DNA of 64,000 nucleotides from an uncultured Christensenellaceae bacterium (GCA_964586785.1 CAZPHS010000004.1:37305-101304), one strand, 5' to 3'. Shown: positions 48,575-59,379, numbered from the stretch's first letter. The notes: generated by a model from the letters alone, not told the origin. Numbers and translations: made by a program.

Positions 48575-48907
48575 ATGAAGATTGGTATAATAAGGTGTAT
48601 GCAAACCGAGGACATGTGCCCCGCCACAGTAGATTTTCAATTCGCGCGGGAAAAGAAAGGCGCGTTTGAAAACATAGGGGGAGAAGTGGAGATAATAGCC
48701 GTAAACTCATGCGGGGGATGCCCCGGAAAAAAGGCGGTGCCGCGGGCAATGGAGATGGCGCGGCGCGGCGCGGAGGCTATAGCGCTCGCTTCCTGCATAA
48801 CAAGAGGCAACCCTATCGGCTACCCCTGCCCTTTCGCCAAGAAAATACGCGACGCTATTGCGGCAAACATAGATGATAATATTAAAATTATTGACTACAC
48901 CCACTAA
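48575..48907 (+). CDS. CGGC-domain protein
   Basis: 110 aa with IIRCMQTEDMCP and NSCGGCPGK motifs. RBS GGAGGG. Confidence 0.7.
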   Translation: MKIGIIRCMQTEDMCPATVDFQFAREKKGAFENIGGEVEIIAVNSCGGCPGKKAVPRAMEMARRGAEAIALASCITRGNPIGYPCPFAKKIRDAIAANIDDNIKIIDYTH

Positions 48908-48950
48908 GCCCGCGCTTACAAACCCCGTATAATAACTAAAGCCCGATTAG

Positions 48951-49691
48951 TCAGTTGTTTGCGCAAACCGCGCGCTCAAGCCTTTTCTTTCGTTCCGCAA
49001 GATACGATTCAAACCGTTCCGCCGTTGCGTTTACAACCAATTCCTCCGGAAAATTATTTTTCTCCAGTATGCGTAAAGCCGTGTCATGGCCGCCTATATC
49101 GGAAGCGAAATGTGCGTCGCTTGACACGGCGACCCGCACGCCGTACTTGCGGCACAGCTTAAGATACCTTTCCGCGTTGGCTATGCCCCCTCGCCGGTAG
49201 TTAAAAGAGTGGTCGTTAACCTCGAGCAGTTTTCCGTACCGCGAGGCGGCTTTTACTACCGCCTCGTAATCGAGGAAAAAACCCGGGTTGTCCGGATGGG
49301 CGATTATATCTATATATTTATTGGCAAGCGCGCCTATCGCCGCCTGCGTGTCAAGCTTTACGCCTTGAGAAGGCAATACCACCTCGTGCATGCCCGCTAT
49401 TACAAAATCCACTAAATCAATATATTTGCCGCTTATATCTATATCGCCGCGGCTGTTTATTATATTGGCCTCCACTCCCGGATAAATGCGCACCCCCTCT
49501 ATGCGGCTTGGAATGTAAGGATATGTGCCTATATTAAATTCGGGCGGAGCGCCGGGAAGTGACGGCCCGTGGTCTGTAAGCACAAATCCGTACAGCCCTT
49601 TTTTTGCCGCCGCGGCGGCGTTCTCAAGCAGTGTGGAATGCGCGTGACCGGATAAAACCGTATGCGTGTGGGTATCAATTTCTATTTTCAT
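48951..49691 (-). CDS. PHP-domain phosphatase (YcdX-like)
   Basis: MKIEIDTHTHTVLSGHA N-terminal His cluster and later SSDAH. Internal Met chosen. Confidence 0.8.
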   Translation of the reverse strand: MKIEIDTHTHTVLSGHAHSTLLENAAAAAKKGLYGFVLTDHGPSLPGAPPEFNIGTYPYIPSRIEGVRIYPGVEANIINSRGDIDISGKYIDLVDFVIAGMHEVVLPSQGVKLDTQAAIGALANKYIDIIAHPDNPGFFLDYEAVVKAASRYGKLLEVNDHSFNYRRGGIANAERYLKLCRKYGVRVAVSSDAHFASDIGGHDTALRILEKNNFPEELVVNATAERFESYLAERKKRLERAVCANN

Positions 49692-49715
49692 GTCGTCTCC
49701 GTAAAGCAAATTTTT

Positions 49716-52088
49716 TTATTCGGAAAGCTCCTGCGCGATTTTCACCGCGCCCGCGGCGTCCGCGGCGTAACCGTCGGCGCCTATGCTTGAAGCGTAATCC
49801 CGCGTTATTACAGCGCCGCCTACAAGCACCTTAGCCGAAAGCCCAAGCTGTTTTTTAAGCTCTATAACCTTTTCCATCTCCTGCGCCGTCGTTGTTATAA
49901 GGGCGGACAAACCTATTATATCAGCCTTGTGCCGCCGCGCCGCGCTTATAATAGATTCGGCGGGTACATCCTTGCCAAGGTCAATTACCTCAAACCCGTG
50001 GTTTTTAAGCAGCATGGCGACAAGGTTCTTGCCTATATCGTGTATGTCTCCCCGCACTGTGGCTATAACGACCTTCTTTTTGTTATTCGACGCCGCGTCC
50101 GCGGTTATGTATCTCTCAAGGCGCTCAAACGCCGCATGTGCGGCTTCCGCGCTGTAGATAAGATGCGGGAGAAAATAAACGCGCCGCTCATATAAGTCTC
50201 CAACCTCATCAAGAGCCGGTATTATCATTTCATCTATAACTGCCTGCGGTGACTTTCCCAGTTTTATCTGCGTATCCACAAGCGCCGCAACGCTTTTTTT
50301 CTTTCCCGATAGAATACAGTCATAAAGCGTGTCAGATTTGCTTTTCGGAGCTTTTTCTTCCGCAAAACGCTCCAGATAGCGCGCAAACCCTTTGTCGCGG
50401 GCGGTAAGCGCTTCCGCGGCGCAGCAAAGATTAACAAGCGTAATATCGTTCGGGTCCATTATAGCCGAGGACAAGCCGTTCGCCATAGCCATAATAAGAT
50501 ACGCCGCGTTTATCTGCGAACGCGAGGGCAGACCGAAAGAGCCGTTCGACAGTCCGACGACCGTATTAGAACCGTTATCGCCGCACCATTTTATAACTTT
50601 TAATGTTTCATTTGCGGCTTGCGGGTCGGAGGACACCGCCATAACAAGAGCGTCAACAAGATAGCTTTCCTTGTCTATACCGCCCTCGCTCAGCTTGGCG
50701 CAGGCGGTTTTTATAACCTCAATCCGCTCCCGCGCGGTTTTGGGTATCCCTTCATCGCCTATAGGCAGCAATATAAACATTGGATTGTATTTTTTTATAA
50801 CAGGCAGCAGCGCCTCAAAATGCGCGCTCTTGCAGGACAGCGAATTTAATAGCGCGCGCCCCGGATAAGCGCGCAAAGCCCGCTCCGCCACGTTGGCGTT
50901 TGATGTGTCTATGCAAAGCGGAAGCTTTATCCGCGCGCTCAGCGTTTCAATTGCTTTTTTCATCGCGGAGTTTTCGTCCGCGCCGGGAACGCCCATATTA
51001 ACATCAAGTATATCGGCGCCGCCTTCCCTTTGCTCCGCGCCCAAACTAAGAACGGTATCAAAATCGCCGGTTATTATGGCTTCCTTAAGCTTTGGTTTGC
51101 CGGTGGGGTTTATGCGCTCGCCTATTATACGAAATTCCCTGCCAAAGTATACGGTATCCAAAGCCGTAACCGCGGGCGGCAATGCGCTTTTCGGTTTGTA
51201 CGGCGTAAGCTTGGCTGTTTCCCGCGCTATAGCCCGAATATAGTCCGGGTTTGTGCCGCAGCAGCCCCCTATAAGATTTGCTCCCGCCTCGCAAAGCGGT
51301 TTTACGTATTTTCGGAATTCTTCACATGAAAGGTTAAAATGCTGCCTGCCGTCTTTTATCACCGGCATTCCGGCATTGGGTTTAACTATAAGGGGCGCCG
51401 TAGAGACGGCTTTCATGTCCGCAAGCGCGGGAAGCATCTCCGCGGGGCCTGTAGAGCAGTTTAAGCCCACGACGTCCGCGCCCGCGCATATAAGGGCGAT
51501 AGCGGCGGCGGCGGCGCCTGTGCCCGTCAGCGTGCGTCCGTGCTTATCGAATGTCATGCTGGCCACAACGGGAAGGCCGCACGCCTCTTTCGCGGCGATT
51601 ACGGCGGCTCTCGCTTCCTGTATGTCAATCATAGTTTCGATAACCAGAAAATCCGCACCGCCCCGCTCTAAAGCCTTGGCCTGCCGCTTATAAACCTCTA
51701 TGGCTTCCTCTAAATCAAGCTCGCCCAAAGGACGCAAAAATACGCCCGTGGCGCTCATATCCCCGCCCACAAAAGCCTTGTCCCCCGCGAGCCGAGCGGT
51801 TATATTGGCAAGCTTTATATTTAAATCCTCCGCTTCGTCTTGCAGCCCGAAATCTTTAAGCTTTATCGCGTTGGCGCCGAGAGTGCAGGTGTAAATTGCG
51901 CGCGAGCCGGCGTCTAAATAACGCCGCTGCACATCGCGCAGCAAATCCGGATTTTGAGCGGCAAAAAGCTCCGGACATTCACCGGGTTTTAAACCGTTCT
52001 CCAGCAGAAAAGTGCCGGTCGCGCCGTCAAGTATAAGAAGCCGCCGCTTTATGTACTCCAAAAATGACAGCCCGTCTATTTTTTTCAT
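49716..52088 (-). CDS. metH: cobalamin-dependent methionine synthase lacking the activation domain
   Basis: 790 aa with an Hcy-binding barrel (GGCCGT), a pterin-binding barrel and a B12-binding D-x-H-x-x-G motif (GDIHDIGKN). It ends right after the B12 domain. Confidence 0.9.
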   Translation of the reverse strand: MKKIDGLSFLEYIKRRLLILDGATGTFLLENGLKPGECPELFAAQNPDLLRDVQRRYLDAGSRAIYTCTLGANAIKLKDFGLQDEAEDLNIKLANITARLAGDKAFVGGDMSATGVFLRPLGELDLEEAIEVYKRQAKALERGGADFLVIETMIDIQEARAAVIAAKEACGLPVVASMTFDKHGRTLTGTGAAAAAIALICAGADVVGLNCSTGPAEMLPALADMKAVSTAPLIVKPNAGMPVIKDGRQHFNLSCEEFRKYVKPLCEAGANLIGGCCGTNPDYIRAIARETAKLTPYKPKSALPPAVTALDTVYFGREFRIIGERINPTGKPKLKEAIITGDFDTVLSLGAEQREGGADILDVNMGVPGADENSAMKKAIETLSARIKLPLCIDTSNANVAERALRAYPGRALLNSLSCKSAHFEALLPVIKKYNPMFILLPIGDEGIPKTARERIEVIKTACAKLSEGGIDKESYLVDALVMAVSSDPQAANETLKVIKWCGDNGSNTVVGLSNGSFGLPSRSQINAAYLIMAMANGLSSAIMDPNDITLVNLCCAAEALTARDKGFARYLERFAEEKAPKSKSDTLYDCILSGKKKSVAALVDTQIKLGKSPQAVIDEMIIPALDEVGDLYERRVYFLPHLIYSAEAAHAAFERLERYITADAASNNKKKVVIATVRGDIHDIGKNLVAMLLKNHGFEVIDLGKDVPAESIISAARRHKADIIGLSALITTTAQEMEKVIELKKQLGLSAKVLVGGAVITRDYASSIGADGYAADAAGAVKIAQELSE

Positions 52089-52685
52089 TTACTCAACCCC
52101 CGCGACGGCAATCACCGATTTTTCGGGTGAAAGCATGTATTTGTCGTTTATGCTAACTTTCAGCGTATTCAAATCGAGCATATCAAAAAAAAGCTTTTGA
52201 TATTTTATATCTAGGTCTCCGTAACCCGCGCTGTAACGGCGCTTAGTCAATTTTTGCCCCATGCGGCGCAGCGACTCGTTTTTTCCGCTCATTAGAACGC
52301 CCAGCGCGCCGTCCGCCAGTTCCGAGGCGTACGCGTCATATACAAGCGCTTTTAGCCCCTCGCCGTTTCGCATAGCCGTATTTATTTTTTCAACGTCATG
52401 CGCGGGTATTGTCGCGCACATTATATAAACACTGGCGCTATCCTTAAGAAGTTCCGCCAGCTTTTTTGAGGCGACCAACGCGCCGCCCATTTTTATTCCG
52501 CCTTCCGCGCGGCTGAAAGGAAACGTCCCCGCCCTTCCGGCGACGCTGAACGCGCCCGCGGAATTTCTCAAAAAAGTATCAATATCGGCATTAAGCCCAG
52601 CTGAAAACCGCGCCCTAAAAGCACCCATACGTTGTATAACGCTTTTTTTATCCGGCACAAACGGAATATAAGAAAAATGCTCCAT
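52089..52685 (-). CDS. stand-alone methionine synthase activation (AdoMet-binding) domain protein
   Basis: RRYSAGYGDLDIKYQKLFFDML...MLSPEKSVIAVAGV matches the RxSPGYGDW...P.KS pattern of the MetH reactivation domain. Its stop codon abuts the metH ATG (TAAATG). Confidence 0.65.
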   Translation of the reverse strand: MEHFSYIPFVPDKKSVIQRMGAFRARFSAGLNADIDTFLRNSAGAFSVAGRAGTFPFSRAEGGIKMGGALVASKKLAELLKDSASVYIMCATIPAHDVEKINTAMRNGEGLKALVYDAYASELADGALGVLMSGKNESLRRMGQKLTKRRYSAGYGDLDIKYQKLFFDMLDLNTLKVSINDKYMLSPEKSVIAVAGVE

Positions 52686-52795
52686 ACGGCACCTCTTTTA
52701 AAATATGATACAATACTTAGGTCTATTATTCAACCACTTGAAAAAGCCGCTTGGGTGTGTTTAAATGGATTAAATCTATGGGACAGGAGCATTAA

Positions 52796-53665
52796 ATGAG
52801 CATACTTGACAGACTCGCGGACGCCGACGGCGCGTTTTCGCTTGAATTTTTTCCGCCTAAAAAAGAAATGCCTCTTGATTCGGTTTATGGCGCGATAGAG
52901 GAATTGTCCGTTTACAAGCCCGTATTCGCAAGCGTAACATACGGCGCGGGCGGCGGCGACAGCAAACGTACAATAGAAATATCATCGTACGTGCGTTCTT
53001 TGGGAGTTGAGGCTATCGCCCATTTAACATGCGTCGGCGCGAATGAGAAGCAGACGGAGAATATGCTTAACGCTCTTGAAACGGCCGGTATATATAACAT
53101 TTTGGCTCTCCGCGGCGACGTGCCCGACGGAATAAGCAAATATAAAGCGTTTAAACACTATAAGCACGCGAGCGATCTTATTAAACAAATAAAAAAGCGC
53201 GGCTGTTTTACAATAGGCGCCGCGGCTTATCCCGAGGCTCACTGTGAAGCGCCCTCACTTTTGGCCGATATAGGGAATATGAAATTGAAAATCTCCGCCG
53301 GAGCCGATTTTTTTGTGACGCAGCTGTGCTTTGACGAGAACGCAATACTTAACTTTTTTGATTTGCTGTGCAAAGAGGGAATAAAAACTCCTGTGTCGGT
53401 AGGCATTATGCCGGTGTTAAACCCCAACCAGATAATAAGAATGGCTTTGCTTTCCGCGTGCTCTATTCCCGCCCGTTTAAGCAAAATAGTGTGTCTTTAC
53501 GGTAATGATACGGAATCGTTTAAAAAAGCGGGTATAGAATATGCCGTTAATCAGATAAACACGCTGCGTGATAACGGAATAAACAAATTTCACCTTTATA
53601 CAATGAACAAGGCCGCCGAAATCAAAACGCTTATATCTTTAAGCGGCATTGCCAATCTACCTTGA
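52796..53665 (+). CDS. metF: 5,10-methylenetetrahydrofolate reductase
   Basis: 289 aa with SLEFFPPK N-terminus and TQLCFD motif. Confidence 0.9.
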   Translation: MSILDRLADADGAFSLEFFPPKKEMPLDSVYGAIEELSVYKPVFASVTYGAGGGDSKRTIEISSYVRSLGVEAIAHLTCVGANEKQTENMLNALETAGIYNILALRGDVPDGISKYKAFKHYKHASDLIKQIKKRGCFTIGAAAYPEAHCEAPSLLADIGNMKLKISAGADFFVTQLCFDENAILNFFDLLCKEGIKTPVSVGIMPVLNPNQIIRMALLSACSIPARLSKIVCLYGNDTESFKKAGIEYAVNQINTLRDNGINKFHLYTMNKAAEIKTLISLSGIANLP

Positions 53666-55153
53666 TTTTTTGGCCTTTTCCCTGTACATATCGGAATCCG
53701 CAACGCTTATAAGCGTTTCCGCCGTTTCGTCCCGCCCGTAACCCGCCTGCATAAATCCAAAGCTCATCGTTATGCCGCCGCGCCCGTTGGCGCAGCATTT
53801 GGCGACCGCCCTTTCCATCCGTATCGCAAGCAGCTTAGCCTGCGCCGCCCTTATATCCGGCAGTATAAGCACAAATTCGTCTCCGCCCATGCGGCATACA
53901 TAGCCCGACTCTTCAACATGGTTTTTTAATACGTCGGCGGCGGCGCGTATCATGGCGTCGCCCGTCCCATGACCGCATGTATCATTTATACGCTTTAACC
54001 CGTCTATATCCGCAAAACATACAGTTAAAGGCGTCTTTAGCCGTTTACATCGGGAATACACGCTTTTTAACATTTCAAGACCGGCGCGGCGGTTTAAAAG
54101 ACCGGTTAACGCATCGGTTTTCGCCATCTGCTCCAGCCTTGTTTCAGCCTGTTTGTATTTTGTGACGTCGGTGAGCAGCGTCGCGACAATTGTCTGCTTC
54201 TTCCGGCGCATAGGCGCGTGCGTTATATGAAAGCACCGCCCCCGCGCGTCCGTATATTCGGACGACCTGTTAATTCCATCGCGCAAATCGGCGCGAAACA
54301 TCTCGCTTACCATACGCGCGCAATCCTTGCCGAACAATTCCGCGTACGCTTTGTTCTTATAAAGCAGTTTCATAGAATCCGTGTCCCAAATCGCAAAGCC
54401 GTGCTCCAATGAATTTAATCCGCAATCTACTATCTTTGTTTTAGGCATATCGGGAGCGAAGGTTTTATAAAGCCGCACATAGTTTTCAATCTGTTTTTGC
54501 ACCGTTACGTCGGCTTCTTCGTCAAAAAAATACACCGCCGCGCCCCCGGTTCCGTTCTTTTTTATATACGCCGAGGAAAAAGCGTACTTGGCGGATTTTA
54601 ATTTTCGCAGCCTTTCGGTTTCTTTTTGCGGGCTGTCGTCAAAATCATGGCTTAAAACGGGCACGCATACGCTTCTTCTTTTGCGCCATTCGGCTTTTAT
54701 TTTGTAACGGGAGTTATCCCTCTCATAAGCGGACGCGCAAAAAGCGCCCGTGTACTGCGCCGTTAAAGCAAGAAAAGCATATAAAGGATGCAAAGCGCCT
54801 TTGGTAAAAATATTAACTATTCCCGTTGTAACCGCGGACTCTCCGCTGTCTTGCTTTGTCTGTGTTACAACAACTATAAGCGCTTGTATATTATCATAAA
54901 CAGTTTCGCCGGCTGTTATTTGCGCGCTTAATGTCTGCTGATTTATTTGAAGCGTTATCATCTCTCTGCCGCCTTTTGAGCAGGCCTCTTCAAGAGAAAT
55001 TCCCTGCGGAAAGTCGGCGAGAACATCGCCGCGCGCAATGCCGTATTTTCTGGCACGGGAATTAGCATACAGTACGCCGCCGTTGCTTTTATCGAGAATA
55101 AACGCGGGCAACGGCAGCTCTTCAATTTGTATCGTATTATTGCTGCTGTCCAT
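53657..55153 (-). CDS. diguanylate cyclase (PAS-like N-terminal regions + GGDEF)
   Basis: C-terminal DALTGLLNRR ... RMGGDEFVLIL. Confidence 0.85.
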   Translation of the reverse strand: MDSSNNTIQIEELPLPAFILDKSNGGVLYANSRARKYGIARGDVLADFPQGISLEEACSKGGREMITLQINQQTLSAQITAGETVYDNIQALIVVVTQTKQDSGESAVTTGIVNIFTKGALHPLYAFLALTAQYTGAFCASAYERDNSRYKIKAEWRKRRSVCVPVLSHDFDDSPQKETERLRKLKSAKYAFSSAYIKKNGTGGAAVYFFDEEADVTVQKQIENYVRLYKTFAPDMPKTKIVDCGLNSLEHGFAIWDTDSMKLLYKNKAYAELFGKDCARMVSEMFRADLRDGINRSSEYTDARGRCFHITHAPMRRKKQTIVATLLTDVTKYKQAETRLEQMAKTDALTGLLNRRAGLEMLKSVYSRCKRLKTPLTVCFADIDGLKRINDTCGHGTGDAMIRAAADVLKNHVEESGYVCRMGGDEFVLILPDIRAAQAKLLAIRMERAVAKCCANGRGGITMSFGFMQAGYGRDETAETLISVADSDMYREKAKKSR

Positions 55154-55411
55154 AACTGTCCTTATCTTTAGCCAATATGAAAGATTATACGCATATATTT
55201 ATAAAAATATTGGCGAACCGCGCCGTATTTTTAAAATATTTTCGGCTTTTTTCGCTAAATTCCGTTATATACCCAAAATAGTGTGGTATTTAACAATATA
55301 TAAGCGGTGAATAATTTATTACGAAAAACATTGAAAATATCGCCTTAGCGGCAAAAGACACGATAAGTACAAATCGTATAATTTCCCGTATAAATCAGAA
55401 GGAGGCCGGCC

Positions 55412-57817
55412 ATGATTGAGGAGAAAGATTTGCTTTTCAGGCTTTCCACAAAGCAAACCAGCTATTGGTTCCGCGTAACCTCGTTCGGGCATTTAGAACA
55501 CATACACTACGGGCCAAGGCTCGCGGAGCAGGACCCGCAGGGGCTTGTTCTAAAGCGCATAGGGGTTGCGGGCGGCAATATAATATACGATGACAAAGAC
55601 CCGTTATACTGCCTTGAGAGCATGTGCCTTGAATGGTCGGGCATTGGGCGGGGCGATTACCGTCCCACCCCCGCGGAGATAAAAATGCCGGACGGCAGCT
55701 TTTCCTGCGATTTTATCTACCGTTCTTACCGGATAATTCAGGGAGCCGCCGGTATGCAGTCTTTGCCTAACGCCTATGGCCGGGCGGAGGACTGCCGAAC
55801 TTTGGAGCTTACTCTTGAGGATGTCTCCAACAAAGTGACGCTTCTTTTATACTATACGGTTTTTGAGCAAACCGACGTTATCACCCGCCGTTCCGTGCTT
55901 ATAAACAACAATGCCAAGCCGCTTGTAATACGCCGCATTATGAGCATGCAGCTTGATATGCCAAACCGCGGATTCCGCATAGTCACCTTTGACGGCGGCT
56001 GGATTAAAGAAGCGCATAAAAACGAGTGCGAGCTTAAATACGGACTGTTTGTCAACCAGTCAACGACAGGCGCGAGCAGCCACCGCCACAACCCCGGGTT
56101 CCTGCTGGCGGAAGCGGGGGCAAACGAGGAGCACGGCTATGTATACGGCTTTAACCTTGTATACAGCGGCAATCATTACGGCGCCGTTGATTTGTCCAAC
56201 CAGCAGCTTGTCCGCGTTATGCTAGGTATAAACCCTTACTGCTTTGAATGGACTTTATATTCCGGTGAGAAGTTTGAAACGCCGGAAGCTATAATGACTT
56301 TCAGCGGCGGCGGATATAACGGCGCGAGCGCGAATTTTCACGATTTTATTAATAATCATATAATACGTGGCGAATGGAAAAACTCCGAACGCCCCGTGCT
56401 TATAAACAGCTGGGAAGCGCATTTTTTCTTTTTTAACGAGCGCCGGCTGCTGCGGCTCGCGCGCCGCGCAAAAAAAACGGGCATAGAGCTTTTCGTGCTT
56501 GACGACGGATGGTTCGGCGAACGCAACGACGACACCAAGGGGCTTGGCGACTACACAATAAACAAAAAAAAGCTGCCGCGCGGTTTGCCGCATCTTGCAA
56601 ACCGCATACGGAAAATGGGGCTGCGCTTCGGGCTGTGGGTGGAACCCGAAATGGTAAACGAAAACAGCGATCTTTTCCGCGCGCATCCCGAGTACGCGGT
56701 AACGGTGCCCGGCAAGAAACCTTCGCTCGGGCGGAATCAGCTTGTGCTTGACCTGTGCAACCACGAGGTTCGCGATTATATTGTCTCCTCTGTAAGCCGC
56801 ATACTCGACGAATCGGATATCAGCTATGTAAAATGGGATATGAACCGCCATATAAGCGACGCTTACTCGCCCTTGCTCCAAAACCAGGGCGAGTTCTTTC
56901 ACCGGTATACACTTGGGCTTTATGACGTGCTAAGAAGAATATTTGGGGCGCGCCCGCACATACTGCTTGAGAGCTGCTCGAGCGGGGGAAACCGTTTCGA
57001 TTTGGGCATACTGTGCTTTTCGCCCCAGATTTGGGCTTCCGACAACACCGACCCAATAGCGCGTTTAAGCATACAAAACGGTCTTTCATACCTTTATCCT
57101 CTCTCTACCATAAGCGCGCACGTTTCGCAGGCGCCGCATTTTCAAACTCTGCGAAACACGCCGCTGCCGACGCGTTTTAACGTGGCTTGCTTTGGAAGCC
57201 TTGGCTACGAGCTTAATTTGAGGTTTTTATCCCGCGTTGAAAAGAAAGAAGTAAAAGAGCAGATCTCTTTCTACAAAGCGCACAGAAAAACCTTTCAGTT
57301 CGGCCGCTTTTACAGGCACAGCTCAATAAAAGATAACAAGATGCACTGGCAATGTATTGCCAAAGACGGCAGCGAATCAATCGCGGGTTTTTTTCAAACG
57401 CGAATGCACGCGGGCGAGGGCTTTGATTATCTTCCTCTTTCCGGGCTTGAGCCCGACGCGCGCTATACCGTTACCACACGTCCCCAAAGCCTTTTTTTAG
57501 GCAGGTTTGGTTATCTTATTTCTTATATTCTGCCATTTGTGCTTCATCCGTACGGACTGCTTTTGCATACCGCCGCGCAGCTTTACCGTATGAAAGACTG
57601 CGTGGAAAATTATGAATGCGGCGGCGATATGCTCAACGTGGGCATAAAGCTCAACAACCAGTTCCAGGGCAGTTATTACAACGAACAAGTCCGTATGCTC
57701 GGCGATTTCGGTTCCAACCTTTACCTTATAATAAAGCATAATTACGAGCTTTTGCACTCGCATCAGCTTCCGGCGAACATATACGATACGTATGTTTCAA
57801 AGGAGGGCGCGATATAA
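55412..57817 (+). CDS. alpha-galactosidase, GH36
   Basis: 801 aa with YVKWDMNR nucleophile region and ESCSSGGNRFD. Confidence 0.9.
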   Translation: MIEEKDLLFRLSTKQTSYWFRVTSFGHLEHIHYGPRLAEQDPQGLVLKRIGVAGGNIIYDDKDPLYCLESMCLEWSGIGRGDYRPTPAEIKMPDGSFSCDFIYRSYRIIQGAAGMQSLPNAYGRAEDCRTLELTLEDVSNKVTLLLYYTVFEQTDVITRRSVLINNNAKPLVIRRIMSMQLDMPNRGFRIVTFDGGWIKEAHKNECELKYGLFVNQSTTGASSHRHNPGFLLAEAGANEEHGYVYGFNLVYSGNHYGAVDLSNQQLVRVMLGINPYCFEWTLYSGEKFETPEAIMTFSGGGYNGASANFHDFINNHIIRGEWKNSERPVLINSWEAHFFFFNERRLLRLARRAKKTGIELFVLDDGWFGERNDDTKGLGDYTINKKKLPRGLPHLANRIRKMGLRFGLWVEPEMVNENSDLFRAHPEYAVTVPGKKPSLGRNQLVLDLCNHEVRDYIVSSVSRILDESDISYVKWDMNRHISDAYSPLLQNQGEFFHRYTLGLYDVLRRIFGARPHILLESCSSGGNRFDLGILCFSPQIWASDNTDPIARLSIQNGLSYLYPLSTISAHVSQAPHFQTLRNTPLPTRFNVACFGSLGYELNLRFLSRVEKKEVKEQISFYKAHRKTFQFGRFYRHSSIKDNKMHWQCIAKDGSESIAGFFQTRMHAGEGFDYLPLSGLEPDARYTVTTRPQSLFLGRFGYLISYILPFVLHPYGLLLHTAAQLYRMKDCVENYECGGDMLNVGIKLNNQFQGSYYNEQVRMLGDFGSNLYLIIKHNYELLHSHQLPANIYDTYVSKEGAI

Positions 57818-57873
57818 AAAAATAGCTTATAAAATACCGCTTTCATGCGCAAAATAAGCATGAGGTGAGAAAA

Positions 57874-58296
57874 ATGAAACTACTGGACATTATGTCAAAA
57901 GACATCGCGTTTTTAAATCCGGATGATTCCGTTGAGCAGGCCGCGTGGCTTATGAAGCGGCACAATATCGGTTCCGTACCCATATGCTCCGATAATCAGG
58001 TGATAGGCATAGTCACCGACAGGGATATCGCGTTAAGGTCTGTCGCGGACGGCGCGGGTTTGGCACAAACGGTTGGGGATATAATGACTACAAACCCCGT
58101 TTTAGGAGATCCGCAGATGGATGTTTGCGACGCGGCGCGCATAATGAGCGATAACCAAATCAGAAGGCTCCCCGTCGTTGATAACGGACAGCTTGTCGGC
58201 ATGGTGGCTCTCGGCGATATTTCGGTCGACCCTTCTTTCTCTTCGGACGCCGAGCAGGCGCTTTCCAACATATCGCAGCCTTGCGATCACACCTGA
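57874..58296 (+). CDS. CBS-domain pair protein
   Basis: Two CBS repeats (GSVPICSDNQVIGIVTDRDI and RRLPVVDNGQLVGMVALGDI). ATG at 57874 after GAGGTGAG. Confidence 0.8.
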   Translation: MKLLDIMSKDIAFLNPDDSVEQAAWLMKRHNIGSVPICSDNQVIGIVTDRDIALRSVADGAGLAQTVGDIMTTNPVLGDPQMDVCDAARIMSDNQIRRLPVVDNGQLVGMVALGDISVDPSFSSDAEQALSNISQPCDHT

Positions 58297-58305
58297 AAAA
58301 TGGTA

Positions 58306-58342
58306 AAAGGGCAGACCGGTATACGGACTCTGCCCTTTTTAT
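58306..58342. terminator. terminator hairpin between convergent genes
   Basis: GGGCAGA - 13 nt - TCTGCCC followed by TTTTTATT, with an A run upstream. Confidence 0.7.
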
Positions 58343-58395
58343 TGTTAAATTTATATTAAGAGAAACTGTTTTTATTCCCCGGGTTTTTCGCATAT

Positions 58396-59379
58396 CTATA
58401 CGGTTTTGACTTCGTTTTTTCGCGTTGCCCCCCATTTGCCGCACCTGTCGCCAAAGTGTGCCGCGGTGCCGCTCCCGCAAATTATCTGTATTACTTCACA
58501 CATATTAGAGCAGCCGCCGCATTCAAAGCTTTTAACCGCGTAATCGCCGCGCGGATAGCGAAGCCCCGTAAAATTAGTCCTGCCGCCAAAGAGCTCCATA
58601 TGCTCTTTAGCCAGCAAAGCGGCGCCAAAGGCTCCCATAACATCATAACGCTGAGGTATTATAACCTTTAAGCCAAGAGCCTTTTCAAAAGCCGCTACTA
58701 TGCCTATATTGGCCGCCACGCCGCCCTGGAACATTACCGGCTCCGTTATCCGCTTGCCTTTCGCTAAATTGTTTAAAAAATTACGCACCAGCGCCTCGCA
58801 CAGCCCGGCTATAATATCCTCGTTGCGGTGTCCTGCCTGCTGCTTGCTTATCATGTCGGATTCCGCGAAAACCGCGCAGCGCCCCGCTATATGCACCGGC
58901 ATTTTAGAGCGGAGGGCGTAGCTTCCGAATTCCTCAATCGGTATCTCCAGCCGCGACGCCTGCCTGTCCAAGAACGAGCCCGTGCCTGCCGCGCAGACAG
59001 TGTTCATCGCAAAATCGCAGACAACCCCGCCGTTTAACAGTATTATTTTTGAATCCTGTCCGCCTATCTCCAGTATGGTCCGTACGTTAGGCACTATATG
59101 GCAGGCCGCCACGGCATGGGCGGTAATCTCGTTTTTTACAACATCGGCTCCGGCAAGCGCAAAGGCAAGCTGCCGTCCGCTGCCTGTAGCGCCCGCTCCC
59201 TTTATGCTTCCCGCAAAATCACCGTCTATTATTGATAATCCCTTTATGACGGCGTCTATGGGGCGGCCGCCCGTTCGCATATACAGCCTTTGTACCACAC
59301 TGTCGTTATTGTCAATAACAACTATGTTTGTGCTTACCGACCCTACGTCTATTCCAATATAGCAGCTTTTTTCAGGCAT
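58396..59379 (-). CDS. BadF/BadG/BcrA/BcrD-type ATPase (2-hydroxyacyl-CoA dehydratase activase-like) with Cys-rich C-terminal extension
   Basis: IGIDVGSVSTN phosphate-1 motif, CAAGTGSF and CAVFAESD cluster/ATPase motifs, and a tail ECGGCSNMCEV...FGDRCGKW. ATGCCTGA overlap with the upstream gene. Confidence 0.8.
   Translation of the reverse strand: MPEKSCYIGIDVGSVSTNIVVIDNNDSVVQRLYMRTGGRPIDAVIKGLSIIDGDFAGSIKGAGATGSGRQLAFALAGADVVKNEITAHAVAACHIVPNVRTILEIGGQDSKIILLNGGVVCDFAMNTVCAAGTGSFLDRQASRLEIPIEEFGSYALRSKMPVHIAGRCAVFAESDMISKQQAGHRNEDIIAGLCEALVRNFLNNLAKGKRITEPVMFQGGVAANIGIVAAFEKALGLKVIIPQRYDVMGAFGAALLAKEHMELFGGRTNFTGLRYPRGDYAVKSFECGGCSNMCEVIQIICGSGTAAHFGDRCGKWGATRKNEVKTV

Noticed and set aside
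52686-52795. Looked for SAM-I or cobalamin riboswitches in front of the met genes
   Set aside because: The spacer is only 110 bp and is shared by divergent promoters. No B12 box (GCCACTG) or SAM-I core sequence is present.
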